NCBI GenBank assembly: GCA_039801085.1
Contig: JBDRTY010000002.1
Span: 193,339-257,338 of the forward strand
From: a candidate division WOR-3 bacterium
GTDB taxonomy: Bacteria > Hydrothermota > Tepidihabitantia > Tepidihabitantales > Tepidihabitantaceae
DNA length: 64,000 bases
Direction of reading: 5' to 3'
Shown: positions 8,172 through 17,461 of the stretch, in pieces
Position numbering within the stretch: position 1 is the first letter of the stretch
Layout: each line of letters begins with the position of its first letter
Translations under genes and position numbers: made by a program
The notes under the pieces: generated by a model
Told to the model about the DNA's origin: nothing
Database searches by the model: none
What the model saw: only the letters and a program-made list of their open reading frames with translations

Positions 8172-9473
8172 TTAGCCGCCGGGCTCTTTCTGCTGCAGCT
8201 GTGCCAGGACCGCGCCGGCGAGGTAGAAGGAGCCGGCAACCACAATCGGCATTCGGCCGATCGCCAGTTCACGGACACGGGCAAGCGCAGCCGGGATGTC
8301 GGGCGCAGTCTCGGCCGGGACCTTGAGCCGGGTGAGGATGCCCTTGAGCAGTGCCGGAGCAAGGGCGCGGGGTGATTCGGGCGCAACCGTAATTGCATAG
8401 TCCACATAGGGTGCAACCGGTTCGAGCGTCCGCCTGACCAGTTTGTTGCGGAGCGAGCCGTAGACCAGAATTACCTTTTCCCGGAAGCAGTCGCGCAGGA
8501 CCCGGGCAAGCGCCTGTCCGGATTCGGGGTTGTGGCAGGTGTCAACCAGCAGGGGCGGGTTCTGTTCAATGAGCTGGCACCTGCCGGGAATAACCAGTTT
8601 GCTTAAGCCCTGAAGGACCGGCTCAAATCTGATCCGCGGGTCATTGCGGGCGAGGATGCCGAGGGTGGTGAGGGCGGTGAGGCAGTTTTCAATCTGGTGT
8701 CTGCCCAGAAGTCGGAGCTGAATCCTGCCCGCACCCAGTTCGGTGAAGGCGGAAAAGGCGGTGCCGGTGAGGTCGGTGGATTCATCCCAGTAGCGGGAGT
8801 GTTCCTCGACGAGCACGGGCCGGGCACCGGTCTTTTCTGCCTGCGCCAGCAGTTCTTTTTTTGCCTCGGGCATTTGCGGGGCGATGATCACCGGTTTTCC
8901 CGGGCGCATGATGCCCGCCTTTTCCCGGGCGATTTTGGCGAGCGTACTGCCGAGCACCCTGAGGTGGTCATAGCCGATCCGGGTGATGACCGAGATTTCC
9001 GGGTGGCTGAGGTTGGTGGCGTCCAGCCTGCCGCCGAGTCCGACCTCAATCACCGGATAGTCAAGCCCGCGCCGGGCAAACAGGTCAAGGGCGGCGGCGG
9101 TCAGCAGTTCAAAGTAGGAGACCGGCTGTTTCTTGACCAGCGGCTGGAATTTTGTTATCAGCCGGGCGAACTCAGCCCGGGTGATCCAGCTGCCGTTGAG
9201 CTGAATCCGTTCCCGGACCGAGAGGAGATGGGGCGAAATAAAAAGCCCGGTTCTGAGTCCGCAGGCGCGCAGGCCCGCCTCAATCATATAGGCGACCGAG
9301 CCCTTGCCCTTGGTGCCGGCGATCAGGATGACATTTTTGAGCCGGTCCTGCGGATTGCCGGCAAGCGCAAGCAGGTTGCGGTGCGCATCGAGCTTGAACC
9401 GGTCGCGCGGTCGGGGTTTGCGCTCGTAGTTGACAAGTGCGTCCAGAAACTCAAGCGCGTTTTGGTAGTTCAT
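8172..9473 (-). CDS. folC: Bifunctional folylpolyglutamate synthase/dihydrofolate synthase
   Basis: It carries the Mur-ligase P-loop (IAGTKGKGSV), a FolC-type N-terminus, and a 4-nt ATGA overlap with the lpxA stop. Confidence 0.85.
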   Translation of the reverse strand: MNYQNALEFLDALVNYERKPRPRDRFKLDAHRNLLALAGNPQDRLKNVILIAGTKGKGSVAYMIEAGLRACGLRTGLFISPHLLSVRERIQLNGSWITRAEFARLITKFQPLVKKQPVSYFELLTAAALDLFARRGLDYPVIEVGLGGRLDATNLSHPEISVITRIGYDHLRVLGSTLAKIAREKAGIMRPGKPVIIAPQMPEAKKELLAQAEKTGARPVLVEEHSRYWDESTDLTGTAFSAFTELGAGRIQLRLLGRHQIENCLTALTTLGILARNDPRIRFEPVLQGLSKLVIPGRCQLIEQNPPLLVDTCHNPESGQALARVLRDCFREKVILVYGSLRNKLVRRTLEPVAPYVDYAITVAPESPRALAPALLKGILTRLKVPAETAPDIPAALARVRELAIGRMPIVVAGSFYLAGAVLAQLQQKEPGG

Positions 9474-10249
9474 TGTCCCTCCTGATCAGGTGAACTTTTG
9501 AGCAGAATTCCCCGTTTTGAATTCCGGCAAAATTCCAGCAGGTGCCGGATTTCCGCCTCTGCCGGTCCGGGCAGAAGTTCGGTTTCAATCCGGTTGAGGG
9601 CGGTGTCAAAGAGCAGACCGGAGCGGAAGAGGAGCCGGAAGGCATCGGTGATCAGGGCGATCTTTTCCGGGCTGAAGCCGGCACGCTCCAGTCCGGTGCG
9701 GTTGATGCCCAATATCCGGCAGGGGTTGCCGGCAGCAAGCATGAAGGGCGGGATGTCCTGGTTGACATAGGAGTGGGCACCGACCATCGCCAGTCGGCCG
9801 ATCCGGCAGAACTGATGGACACCGGTGCCGCCGCCGAGGTTGACGCCATCCTCAATCTCCACATGGCCGCCGAGCAGGACACCACTGGTCAGGACACAGT
9901 CGGAGCCGAGCTGGCAGTTGTGGGCGATGTGGACATAGCTCATGATGAAGTTGCGGTCACTGATGCGGGTGATGCTGTCCGGTCCGGTTGCCCGGTGCAC
10001 GGTCGCATATTCAAACAGAATGTTGTCACTGCCGATGATGACCGCGGTGGCTTCTCCCTGATACTTCCGGTCCATCGGCTCACCGCCGATGACCACGCCG
10101 GTTTTGAGCCGGGTGCGGGCGCCGATGGCGACTCTTCCCTCAAGGACACAGAAGGGTCCGATTTCACAATCGGGCGCCAGCCGTGCCTGAGGGCTGATGA
10201 TGGCGGTCGGATGGATCAGCGGACCGCACCGGTGACTGTTGCACTGCAT
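9470..10249 (-). CDS. lpxA: Acyl-ACP--UDP-N-acetylglucosamine O-acyltransferase
   Basis: It has the IHPTAIISPQA N-terminus, left-handed beta-helix hexapeptide repeats, and LpxA length. The ATG at 10249 overlaps the fabZ 3' end by 34 nt, so the start may be slightly downstream. Confidence 0.85.
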   Translation of the reverse strand: MQCNSHRCGPLIHPTAIISPQARLAPDCEIGPFCVLEGRVAIGARTRLKTGVVIGGEPMDRKYQGEATAVIIGSDNILFEYATVHRATGPDSITRISDRNFIMSYVHIAHNCQLGSDCVLTSGVLLGGHVEIEDGVNLGGGTGVHQFCRIGRLAMVGAHSYVNQDIPPFMLAAGNPCRILGINRTGLERAGFSPEKIALITDAFRLLFRSGLLFDTALNRIETELLPGPAEAEIRHLLEFCRNSKRGILLKSSPDQEGQ

Positions 10250-10662
10250 GCGAGTTCTTCACCGACGAGGACCCTGCCTTCAAACTTGAACACGCCGGCC
10301 TTTGCCGAAACGAGCCGGGCGATGATCCGCAGCTGTTCCCCGGGCCGGACGATGCGCCGAAAACGCACCTGCTCGATGCCGGCAAAGAGCGGGGTTTTCC
10401 CCCTGAGTTCAGGCTGCTGGAGCAAAACAAGCAGGATGCCCGCCTGGGCGATCGCCTCCACCATCAGGACGCCGGGCAGGACCGGATTGCCGGGAAAGTG
10501 GCCCGGAAAGTAGAACTCCTCCTGCCGGACGGTCCGGGCGCATTCAATCTCCTGACCGTCAAACCGGACCACCCGGTCAATGAAGAGAAACGGCTCCCGG
10601 TGGGGAAGATACTGTTTGACATCAATCGACGGGTTCAAAATGCCTCCTTTTTTAATTTCCAA
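10216..10662 (-). CDS. fabZ: 3-hydroxyacyl-ACP dehydratase
   Basis: It carries the LPHREPFLFIDRV and FPGHFPGNPVLPGVL(M)VEA(I/L)AQ hot-dog fold motifs. Confidence 0.85.
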   Translation of the reverse strand: MEIKKGGILNPSIDVKQYLPHREPFLFIDRVVRFDGQEIECARTVRQEEFYFPGHFPGNPVLPGVLMVEAIAQAGILLVLLQQPELRGKTPLFAGIEQVRFRRIVRPGEQLRIIARLVSAKAGVFKFEGRVLVGEELACSATVTGAVR

Positions 10663-11396
10663 ACCAGTTTCAGGTTCAGCCGGTGATTCGGATTGTAGGC
10701 GAAAATTTCTGCCCGGAGCGGTCTGCCCAGGAGCGCCAGATCACCGAGCAGGTCCAGAATCTTGTGCCGGCAGGGTTCGGTATCAAAGCGGGGTTTTGCC
10801 GGAAAAAGCCAGCCGGCAACCATTTTTATCCGGAAGGGCAAACGTTCCAAAAGCGGCTGGAGTCCGGTATCTGCCGGTCCGAAGGTCCGAGCCGGTGCGA
10901 TCTCTCGGAGGAAGCGGCCGGGGGTGATAAGAGCGGAGAAGAACTGGGGACCGGTCTGGGGATAGTCAATGAGACAGCTGATCTTCAGGCGCGGAGCGGG
11001 CAGAGCGATGAGAATACCTCCTCCATCTGCCACCGCAACCGGTCCGGTGAGATAAAAGGGCTTGCTGCTGCCGGTGATACCGGCCTGTTGCAGGCGCCGG
11101 GCAAAAAGGAGGCTGCTGCCGTCAGCAAAGGGCGGTTCACCGCGGTCAAGGGTAATGTTGAGGTCGGTGATACCCAGTCCGGTGCAGGCGGCAAGCAGGT
11201 GTTCAACGAGTGCGATCCGGCAGGAATTGTGAGCGAAGGCGGTGGTATGATTTTCCACCCGGGCGTGCCGGATGTCGGCCCGGACTTGGGAGTTGAAGAC
11301 AATGCCAGAGCCGGCAGGTGCGGGAGCGAGCTCGAGCCGGACCGGCCGGCCCTGCCGGTTCCAGCCGTGGATGGTAATCCTTTTTCTGATCGTCAA
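10635..11396 (-). CDS. lpxC: UDP-3-O-acyl-N-acetylglucosamine deacetylase
   Basis: It carries EHLLAA..GLGI and HKILDLLGDLALLG, the conserved LpxC zinc-site region. It is separate from fabZ but overlaps it by 28 nt in another frame. Confidence 0.85.
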   Translation of the reverse strand: MTIRKRITIHGWNRQGRPVRLELAPAPAGSGIVFNSQVRADIRHARVENHTTAFAHNSCRIALVEHLLAACTGLGITDLNITLDRGEPPFADGSSLLFARRLQQAGITGSSKPFYLTGPVAVADGGGILIALPAPRLKISCLIDYPQTGPQFFSALITPGRFLREIAPARTFGPADTGLQPLLERLPFRIKMVAGWLFPAKPRFDTEPCRHKILDLLGDLALLGRPLRAEIFAYNPNHRLNLKLVWKLKKEAF

Positions 11397-12040
11397 TGGT
11401 TTTCTCCAAACTGGTGCCAGAGCCGTGCCCAGAAGCGCTGCATCTGGCGGAGCGGCCGGGCCGGAATTCCCCAGTAATGACTGCCCGGCGGCAGGGAGCG
11501 GAAGACTGCGGATTTGGCATAGATGACGCTGCCTGCGCCGATGGTGATGTGGTCCCGGATTCCGGACTGGCCGGCAATAATTACTCCATCTTCCAGCCGG
11601 GCACTGCCGGCGATACCGCTCTGGGCGGTGATAATGCAGTTTTCGCCGATCCGGACATTGTGGCCGATGTGGACCAGAGCATCAATCTTTGTGCCTCTGC
11701 CGATCCGGGTCTGTCTGCCGGTCTTTGCCCGGGCAATTGAGACCAGCGGTCCGATCTCAACCTCATCCTCAATGATCACCTCACCCTCATGCTCCAGAAG
11801 GTGGTATCTGCCAGCGCGCTGTTCATACCCGAATCCGTGCCAGCCGATGACTGTGCCCGGTCCGATCCGGACATTTCTGCCGATCACCGTTCTGCCGAGG
11901 ATGGTGACATTCGGACCGATGAAACAACCGGCACCAATTTCAACCCCGGCGTCAATGTAGACAAACAGGCTGATGACAGCACTCGGGTCAATTTTTGCGT
12001 GCGGGTCAATCCAGGAGTGGGGGTGCGCTTCAGGGTGCAC
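11393..12040 (-). CDS. lpxD: UDP-3-O-acylglucosamine N-acyltransferase, hexapeptide domain only (lacks the about 100-aa N-terminal UDP-binding domain)
   Basis: It has the GFGY motif, LpxD-type hexapeptide repeats and a C-terminal helical tail. The protein begins exactly at the equivalent of E. coli LpxD residue about 108 (IHPSAVID). Confidence 0.75.
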   Translation of the reverse strand: MHPEAHPHSWIDPHAKIDPSAVISLFVYIDAGVEIGAGCFIGPNVTILGRTVIGRNVRIGPGTVIGWHGFGYEQRAGRYHLLEHEGEVIIEDEVEIGPLVSIARAKTGRQTRIGRGTKIDALVHIGHNVRIGENCIITAQSGIAGSARLEDGVIIAGQSGIRDHITIGAGSVIYAKSAVFRSLPPGSHYWGIPARPLRQMQRFWARLWHQFGENH

Positions 12041-13003
12041 TTAGGGTGTGAGGGCGGAATAGAGAATCTGGATGACACCGCTGACCTTTTCCCGGAGCGC
12101 CTCAATCCGGTCGGCTTCACCCTCCTGGGTGCGGAGCAGCATGCCGGTGCTGACTTCAAGGAGTGAGAGTTTGAACTGGATTTTCCGCTCCCGTTTGGAG
12201 CATTCGCCGAAGATGCAGTAGTCGGCATTGAGCGCCCGGGCAACATCCAGCGCCTGGTCCTGGGTGATCTGCATACCCGCATAGCCCCGGTTCTGGACCG
12301 TCTGATCAACCTTGGCGTCCGGGATGATTTCCACCTGCGTTTTGTCCTTGAGCAGGGCGCCGGCGAACTGCCGGATCCGGGTGCCCAGCCGTTCCCGCTG
12401 CGCCTCATCCGTCGCCTCGTAGACTGGAGCAATGACAAAGACCCGCCTCCGGGTGATTGTGGCGGGCAGCGGGACATACTCCCGGTTGAGCTCCTCAAGC
12501 ACCAGTTCGGTCAGATCCAGTCCGGTTTCACCGTAGACAATTCCCGCCTTGGTGGCATCCAGGACCAGGGCGAACCCTTCAATCTGGGCGATCTTGCGCA
12601 CCGCCGAGTCAATTCGGGTGACGATCGGCGCCAGCAGCTCCTGATTTTTCTGTTCTATTTTCCCCTGGGGACCGTAAATCTCATTCAGGTAGCTGTCATA
12701 CCGTTTCTTTCTTGATTCCACCTCAGCCAGTTTTGCCCGCTTGCCTTCTTCAGAAAGGGTGAGCTGCTGGGATTCGTACTCCTCCTTTGCCTGTTCGTAT
12801 TCGGTCCGGAGTGATTCTGCCTTTGCCTGAAATTTGGCAATAGCATCATTGAGCTGTTTTTTTGCCTCGCTTGCCGCCTCGTAGCGGGCAAGGAGCCGGT
12901 CGGAGTCAATGTAGCCGATCTTGTACTCCCGGGCACCGGCAAGGGCGGTGAGTGTCAGCAGGAGCAGGAGTGCCCGGAACAGAATCAGTCCCTTGGCGTT
13001 CAT
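12041..13003 (-). CDS. Skp/OmpH-family periplasmic chaperone with an about 145-aa C-terminal extension of unknown fold
   Basis: It has a signal peptide, then a coiled-coil OmpH region (KIGYIDSDRLL...). It sits at the canonical skp-lpxD position. The C-terminal half (VFVIAPVYEATDEAQ...) matches nothing I recognise. Confidence 0.65.
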   Translation of the reverse strand: MNAKGLILFRALLLLLTLTALAGAREYKIGYIDSDRLLARYEAASEAKKQLNDAIAKFQAKAESLRTEYEQAKEEYESQQLTLSEEGKRAKLAEVESRKKRYDSYLNEIYGPQGKIEQKNQELLAPIVTRIDSAVRKIAQIEGFALVLDATKAGIVYGETGLDLTELVLEELNREYVPLPATITRRRVFVIAPVYEATDEAQRERLGTRIRQFAGALLKDKTQVEIIPDAKVDQTVQNRGYAGMQITQDQALDVARALNADYCIFGECSKRERKIQFKLSLLEVSTGMLLRTQEGEADRIEALREKVSGVIQILYSALTP

Positions 13004-13045
13004 AGCCGTTCCTCCCTGTTTATATCATAACTTCTTCTGCTCTCG

Positions 13046-14287
13046 TTAGCCGGAGCCGGCATCAATTACTGTCCCTGCCAGCCGGTCTTCATCCGGTTTC
13101 AGCACGAGCCGGACCAGTCTGCCTGCGGGTATTTCAGCGGGGAGCGGTTCACAGGTAAGCCGGAGATAATTGTCAGTGAGTGCCCGGCCGTCGGGTTCAA
13201 GCACCGCCTCCCGGACCGTGCTGATAAACCGGCGGGCATATGCCTGACGCCGCCGGTCTGACCAGTGACGGAGCAGTTGCACCCGGTGCTGCTTCACCGG
13301 TTTCGGGACCGGATCGCCGAGTTCAAACGCCCTGGTCCCGGGCCGGGGAGAATAGGGGAAAACATGCAGGTAATGAAGCGGCAGGGAGTTCAGAAAGTTC
13401 AGAGTGCGGGTAAATGACAGTTCGTCCTCGCCCGGATAACCGACGATCACATCCGCGCCGATGCAGGCATCGGGTTTTACCTGAAGGATTTTGTTAATGA
13501 GCCGGGCATAATCGGCGGTCCGGTAGCGCCGGTCCATTGCCGCAAGCAGCCGGTCGTCACCACTCTGGAGGGGAATGTGGAAGTGACTGCAGATGCGGGG
13601 ATCGGCGATCACCGTCAGCAGTTCATCGGTAAACAGATCCGGTTCAATTGAGGCGAGCCGGAGCCGGAACCGTCCCGGTTGCGCCAGGAGCAGCTGGAGC
13701 AGCCGGGCAAGGTTGCAGTTTCCGCTTTCATACCGGCCAAGGTTCAGCCCGGTGAGGACAATCTCCTGATATCCGGACTGGCGCAGATGCTGAAACTGGC
13801 TGAGCACCTTTTCCGGCTGCACGGCTGCCGGCGCGCCACGCAGCTGGCGGACGATGCAGAAGGAGCAGGTCCGGTCGCAACCGTCCTGAACCTTGAGCAG
13901 GGCACGACTCCGGACCGGTGCCGGCAGAGTGTCTTCCAGCCGGCTTTTTTTCTCCTCCGCGGTCCAGATTTCGTCAATTCCGGGAATGTTTTTCAGGAGT
14001 TCGGGCGCCCGCACCGGCAGACAGCCGAACACAATCACCCGGGGTTTCGGGTTGAGACTGCAGACCGAACGGATGAGCGCCAGCGAACTTTTCTCCGCAT
14101 TGGCGGTTACCGCGCAGGTATTGACAAAGCAGAGATCGGGAGTCGCTCCGGAGTCATTGACGAGCCGGAAGCCCTGCGTCTGCAGCCAGCCGCGCAGCAG
14201 GTCGCTTTCCGCCTGATTGAGCCGGCAGCCGACCGTGGCGATACAGGCGGTGCGCCCCGGTTCAGTGGCGAAGGGCACAGCGGTCAC
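13046..14287 (-). CDS. Radical-SAM methylthiotransferase (MiaB/RimO/MtaB family)
   Basis: It has the N-terminal MTTase Cys triad (C..C..C region ending VFGCLP), the radical-SAM CDRTCSFC motif, and a C-terminal TRAM-like segment. Confidence 0.8.
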   Translation of the reverse strand: MTAVPFATEPGRTACIATVGCRLNQAESDLLRGWLQTQGFRLVNDSGATPDLCFVNTCAVTANAEKSSLALIRSVCSLNPKPRVIVFGCLPVRAPELLKNIPGIDEIWTAEEKKSRLEDTLPAPVRSRALLKVQDGCDRTCSFCIVRQLRGAPAAVQPEKVLSQFQHLRQSGYQEIVLTGLNLGRYESGNCNLARLLQLLLAQPGRFRLRLASIEPDLFTDELLTVIADPRICSHFHIPLQSGDDRLLAAMDRRYRTADYARLINKILQVKPDACIGADVIVGYPGEDELSFTRTLNFLNSLPLHYLHVFPYSPRPGTRAFELGDPVPKPVKQHRVQLLRHWSDRRRQAYARRFISTVREAVLEPDGRALTDNYLRLTCEPLPAEIPAGRLVRLVLKPDEDRLAGTVIDAGSG

Positions 14288-14293
14288 GGGTGG

Positions 14294-15976
14294 TTAAAAA
14301 TCCTTGAAGTCCCGGAGGTGATCCTCAAGTGTAAACCGGTCTAGGGGCCGTTCCGGCGGCAGTTCCTCTTCCTCTTTTTCTTCCGGCTTGGGCTGGAGCG
14401 CTTTCTCGCTCAGAGCGACGCGCCGGTTGTTGAGGTCGATTCTCAAAACCTTCAGTTCCAGCTCCTCGCCGATCTGGTAGTTTTCCCGGACCTTCTTACC
14501 GCCACCCCGGGCGAGCTGACTCAAGGGCACAAACCCCTCAATTCCGTAATTCAGGGCGACCACCAGCCCGGGTTTCGGGATGTCCACAATCCGCGCCCGG
14601 ACAATATCCCCTTCCTTCAGCTCCTGGCTGAGCTTGTAGAACGGGTCCTCCTGAGTCTGCTTTAATCCCAGGGAGATCTTCCGGTTTTCCTTGTCAATTT
14701 CCAGAATGATTGTCTCCACGACCTGGCCCTTGCGCAGCTCCTCGCGCGGGTGTTTGATGCGCTTGGTCCAGGAGATGTCCTGATTATGAATCAGCCCCTC
14801 AATTCCCTCCTCCAGTTCGACAAATGCCCCGAAATCCTTGAGCGACTTGACCTTGCCGGTTACCCGCTGGCCGACCTTGTAGCGTTCATCAATCAGCGAC
14901 CAGGGGTCAGGCTGAGTCTGCTTGAGCCCGAGGGAAATCCGCCGGTTCTCTTTGTCAATGTTAAGTACCACCGCTTCCACCTCCTGGTCAACCGAGAGCA
15001 GCTGTGCCGGGTGGTGGATGGATTTGGTCCAGGACATTTCCGAGATATGAATCAGTCCCTCAATTCCCTTTTCCAGTTCCACAAATGCACCGTATTCGGC
15101 GAGCGTGGTGACCCGGCCCCGGACGCGCGAGCCGATCGGATACTTCTCCTCCACCTTTTCCCAGGGGTGCGGGGTCAGCTGTTTCAAGCCGACGGTAATC
15201 CGGCCGGTATTGGTGTCAGCGGAGAGGACCTTGACCTTCAGTTTTTCGCCCGGCTGCACCACTTCACTGGGATGAACTACCTTGACCCAGGCAAGATCGG
15301 AGATGTGAAGCAGGGCGTCAACTCCGCCGATGTCAATGAAGGCACCGAATTCGGTTACGGTCTTGACCGTTCCTTCAATGATGTCGCCAACCTGGATCCG
15401 CTGCAGGAGTTCCCGGCGCAGCGCCTCCTGCCGTTCCTCAAGCAGTGCCCGGCGGGAAACGACGATATTTTTCTTGTGCCAGTTCACGGAGAGGATTTTA
15501 ACCTCCAGTTCCTGGTTAACCAGGGCATCGAGATTGGGAACGGGCCGGAGGTCAACCTGCGAGCCGGGCAGAAAGGCGTCGAGCCCGAACACATCCACTG
15601 CCAGACCGCCCTTGACCCGGCGCAGCACAACCGCCTTCACCGGTTCACCGCTTTCTGACTTCTGTTTGATGATCTCCCAGGCGAGCTGGAAGTCGGCCTT
15701 TTTCTTGGAAAGGACCGGGAATCCATCCTTGTTTTCCAAAGCGTCAATATAGACCTGAATCTTTCTGCCTTCGACCGCCTCATCGGGATTGCGGAACTCC
15801 TCGAGCGGCAGAATTCCTTCCGCCTTCAGACCGATGTCCACCAGCACCGCATTCTGCACCCGCTTGATGATCGTGCCGGTGACAATTTCTCCCTCGCGAT
15901 AACTGGGGAAAGAGGTGTCGTAAAGCGAGTTGGGTTCTCCGGTATCCGGAGCCGGGTTTGACTGGTAATTATTCAT
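14294..15976 (-). CDS. rpsA: 30S ribosomal protein S1
   Basis: It has six S1 domains, including the typical GEIVTGTI..V.....VDIG repeats. Confidence 0.9.
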   Translation of the reverse strand: MNNYQSNPAPDTGEPNSLYDTSFPSYREGEIVTGTIIKRVQNAVLVDIGLKAEGILPLEEFRNPDEAVEGRKIQVYIDALENKDGFPVLSKKKADFQLAWEIIKQKSESGEPVKAVVLRRVKGGLAVDVFGLDAFLPGSQVDLRPVPNLDALVNQELEVKILSVNWHKKNIVVSRRALLEERQEALRRELLQRIQVGDIIEGTVKTVTEFGAFIDIGGVDALLHISDLAWVKVVHPSEVVQPGEKLKVKVLSADTNTGRITVGLKQLTPHPWEKVEEKYPIGSRVRGRVTTLAEYGAFVELEKGIEGLIHISEMSWTKSIHHPAQLLSVDQEVEAVVLNIDKENRRISLGLKQTQPDPWSLIDERYKVGQRVTGKVKSLKDFGAFVELEEGIEGLIHNQDISWTKRIKHPREELRKGQVVETIILEIDKENRKISLGLKQTQEDPFYKLSQELKEGDIVRARIVDIPKPGLVVALNYGIEGFVPLSQLARGGGKKVRENYQIGEELELKVLRIDLNNRRVALSEKALQPKPEEKEEEELPPERPLDRFTLEDHLRDFKDF

Positions 15977-16814
15977 CTTTTCGTCCTCCTGACATTCTTA
16001 AAATTCGGGCAACTTCTGCCACCACCTTTGCCGGAGTTGACGCACCCGCAGCGATCCCGATCCGGCAGAACCCCTGCCACTCAGCAGGATCGATTTCTGC
16101 CGGGCCGGTGATATGCACAACCCGGCGGCAGTGCGGCTGGATAATCTCCGCCAGGCGGGTGGTATTGGCACTGTTTCTACCGCCAACCACGACTACCGCC
16201 TCGACCCGCTTGGCAAGCCGGACCGCTGCCGCCTGCCGGGCGGTCACTTCAGCACAGATGGTGTTGAAGACCCGGATTTCAGTATAACCAAAATCAAGCA
16301 GGTTGGCAACTGCTGCCTTGAGCCGGTCCCGGCCGATGGTCGTCTGGGCAACGACGCCGATTCTGCCCGACTTCGGGTACCGGCGTGCGGGGGAATAGAC
16401 GGACGCCCGGGGAGCGGCAGCAGCAAGGATCGCCCGGACCTCGGGATGGTTGCGTTCGCCCACAACCACCACCTGATAGCCTTCCGCTGCCAGCTGGCGC
16501 GCCACCTGCTGAACCCGGCGTACATAGGGGCAGGTGGCGTCGATGATTTCCAGTCCCCGAGCCCGGCATTGCGTCAGCACTTCCGGCGGGCAGCCATGGG
16601 CGCGGATGATAATGGCACCATCCCGGACCGCACTGATGCGGGCAGCGATTCTGATGCCCTCGTTTTTCAGTTCGCGCAGGACATCAGGGTTATGGACCAG
16701 TTCGCCATAGGTCCAGACTCTGGGGTATTTTCTTAATGCGTTTCTTGCCAGCCGCAGTGCCCGCTCGACACCGAAACAGAAACCGGTCGGCCGGGCGATC
16801 AGGATGCGGGGCAT
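15969..16814 (-). CDS. ispH: 4-hydroxy-3-methylbut-2-enyl diphosphate reductase
   Basis: It carries MPRILIARPTGFCFGVERA, IIRAHGCPPEV and IDATCPYV. The start is taken at the internal ATG at 16814 (aligned to the E. coli IspH N-terminus), 1 nt after the plsC stop. Confidence 0.85.
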   Translation of the reverse strand: MPRILIARPTGFCFGVERALRLARNALRKYPRVWTYGELVHNPDVLRELKNEGIRIAARISAVRDGAIIIRAHGCPPEVLTQCRARGLEIIDATCPYVRRVQQVARQLAAEGYQVVVVGERNHPEVRAILAAAAPRASVYSPARRYPKSGRIGVVAQTTIGRDRLKAAVANLLDFGYTEIRVFNTICAEVTARQAAAVRLAKRVEAVVVVGGRNSANTTRLAEIIQPHCRRVVHITGPAEIDPAEWQGFCRIGIAAGASTPAKVVAEVARILRMSGGRKDE

Positions 16815-16815
16815 T

Positions 16816-17460
16816 TCAGCCTGCCAGTGTTTGGACCCGTGCCAGGATTTCCCGGGTGAGCTGTTCATAACCGGTCCGGGTGTTGGCAAATCCTTCGGGC
16901 ATTACGGGTGGACCAAACTGCACCGTGATCGGTACACACTGCCGGGGACGGGTGCGCAGCCCCTGCCGGACGAAGTCCCGGTCCACGCACCAGGAAATGA
17001 AGGACTTGTCAACTCCCGCAATGTAACAGGGGATAACCGGCACCGAGTTCCGGACCGCCAGCATTGCCACCCCGGGTTTGAAACTGCCCAGTTTGCCGCT
17101 GCGACTGCGGGTACCCTCCGGAAAGAGCACCAGTGCCTGGCGGTGCCGGAGCAGTTGCGAACAGCGCCGGAGGGCGGTAAGGTCCATTCCGCCCCGCCGG
17201 ACCGGAATGGCATTCCAGCTGGAGATGAGCCAGGCGAAGGGGCGGTAACGGAACAGCTCCTCCTTGGCGAGAAAGAAGATTTCCCGGGCGGCAGCCCAGC
17301 CGAGTATGAGCGGATCGAAGTTGGAGGTGTGATTGGCGGCAATTATTACACCGCGATCTCTTACCATACGGAGGTTTTCCCGGCCTGAGACCCGGAGGCG
17401 CAGCAGCAGCCGGGCAAGCGGGTAGGTGAGACTCCAGGCGAGCCGCCAGCGGAGTTTCAT
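16816..17460 (-). CDS. plsC: 1-acyl-sn-glycerol-3-phosphate acyltransferase (LPLAT)
   Basis: It has the HX4D motif (ANHTSNFDP) and FPEGTRS. The start is the ATG at 17460, directly after the cmk stop. The upstream part of the track ORF is a low-complexity artefact. Confidence 0.8.
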   Translation of the reverse strand: MKLRWRLAWSLTYPLARLLLRLRVSGRENLRMVRDRGVIIAANHTSNFDPLILGWAAAREIFFLAKEELFRYRPFAWLISSWNAIPVRRGGMDLTALRRCSQLLRHRQALVLFPEGTRSRSGKLGSFKPGVAMLAVRNSVPVIPCYIAGVDKSFISWCVDRDFVRQGLRTRPRQCVPITVQFGPPVMPEGFANTRTGYEQLTREILARVQTLAG

Positions 17461-17461
17461 T

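Noticed and set aside
6529-11477. Long plus-strand ORFs (6529..7113, 7504..8070, 8697..9485, 9542..10513, 10683..11477) opposite the folC-lpx cluster
   Set aside because: All are antisense to strongly conserved minus-strand genes, are Gly/Arg/Asp-rich and lack SDs. They are GC-driven open frames.
11884-12498. 204-aa Arg/Ser-rich ORF overlapping skp/lpxD; I checked it as a possible missing LpxD N-domain in another frame
   Set aside because: Its sequence is low-complexity (RRS repeats) and shows no similarity to the LpxD uridine-binding domain. It is not a frameshifted fragment.
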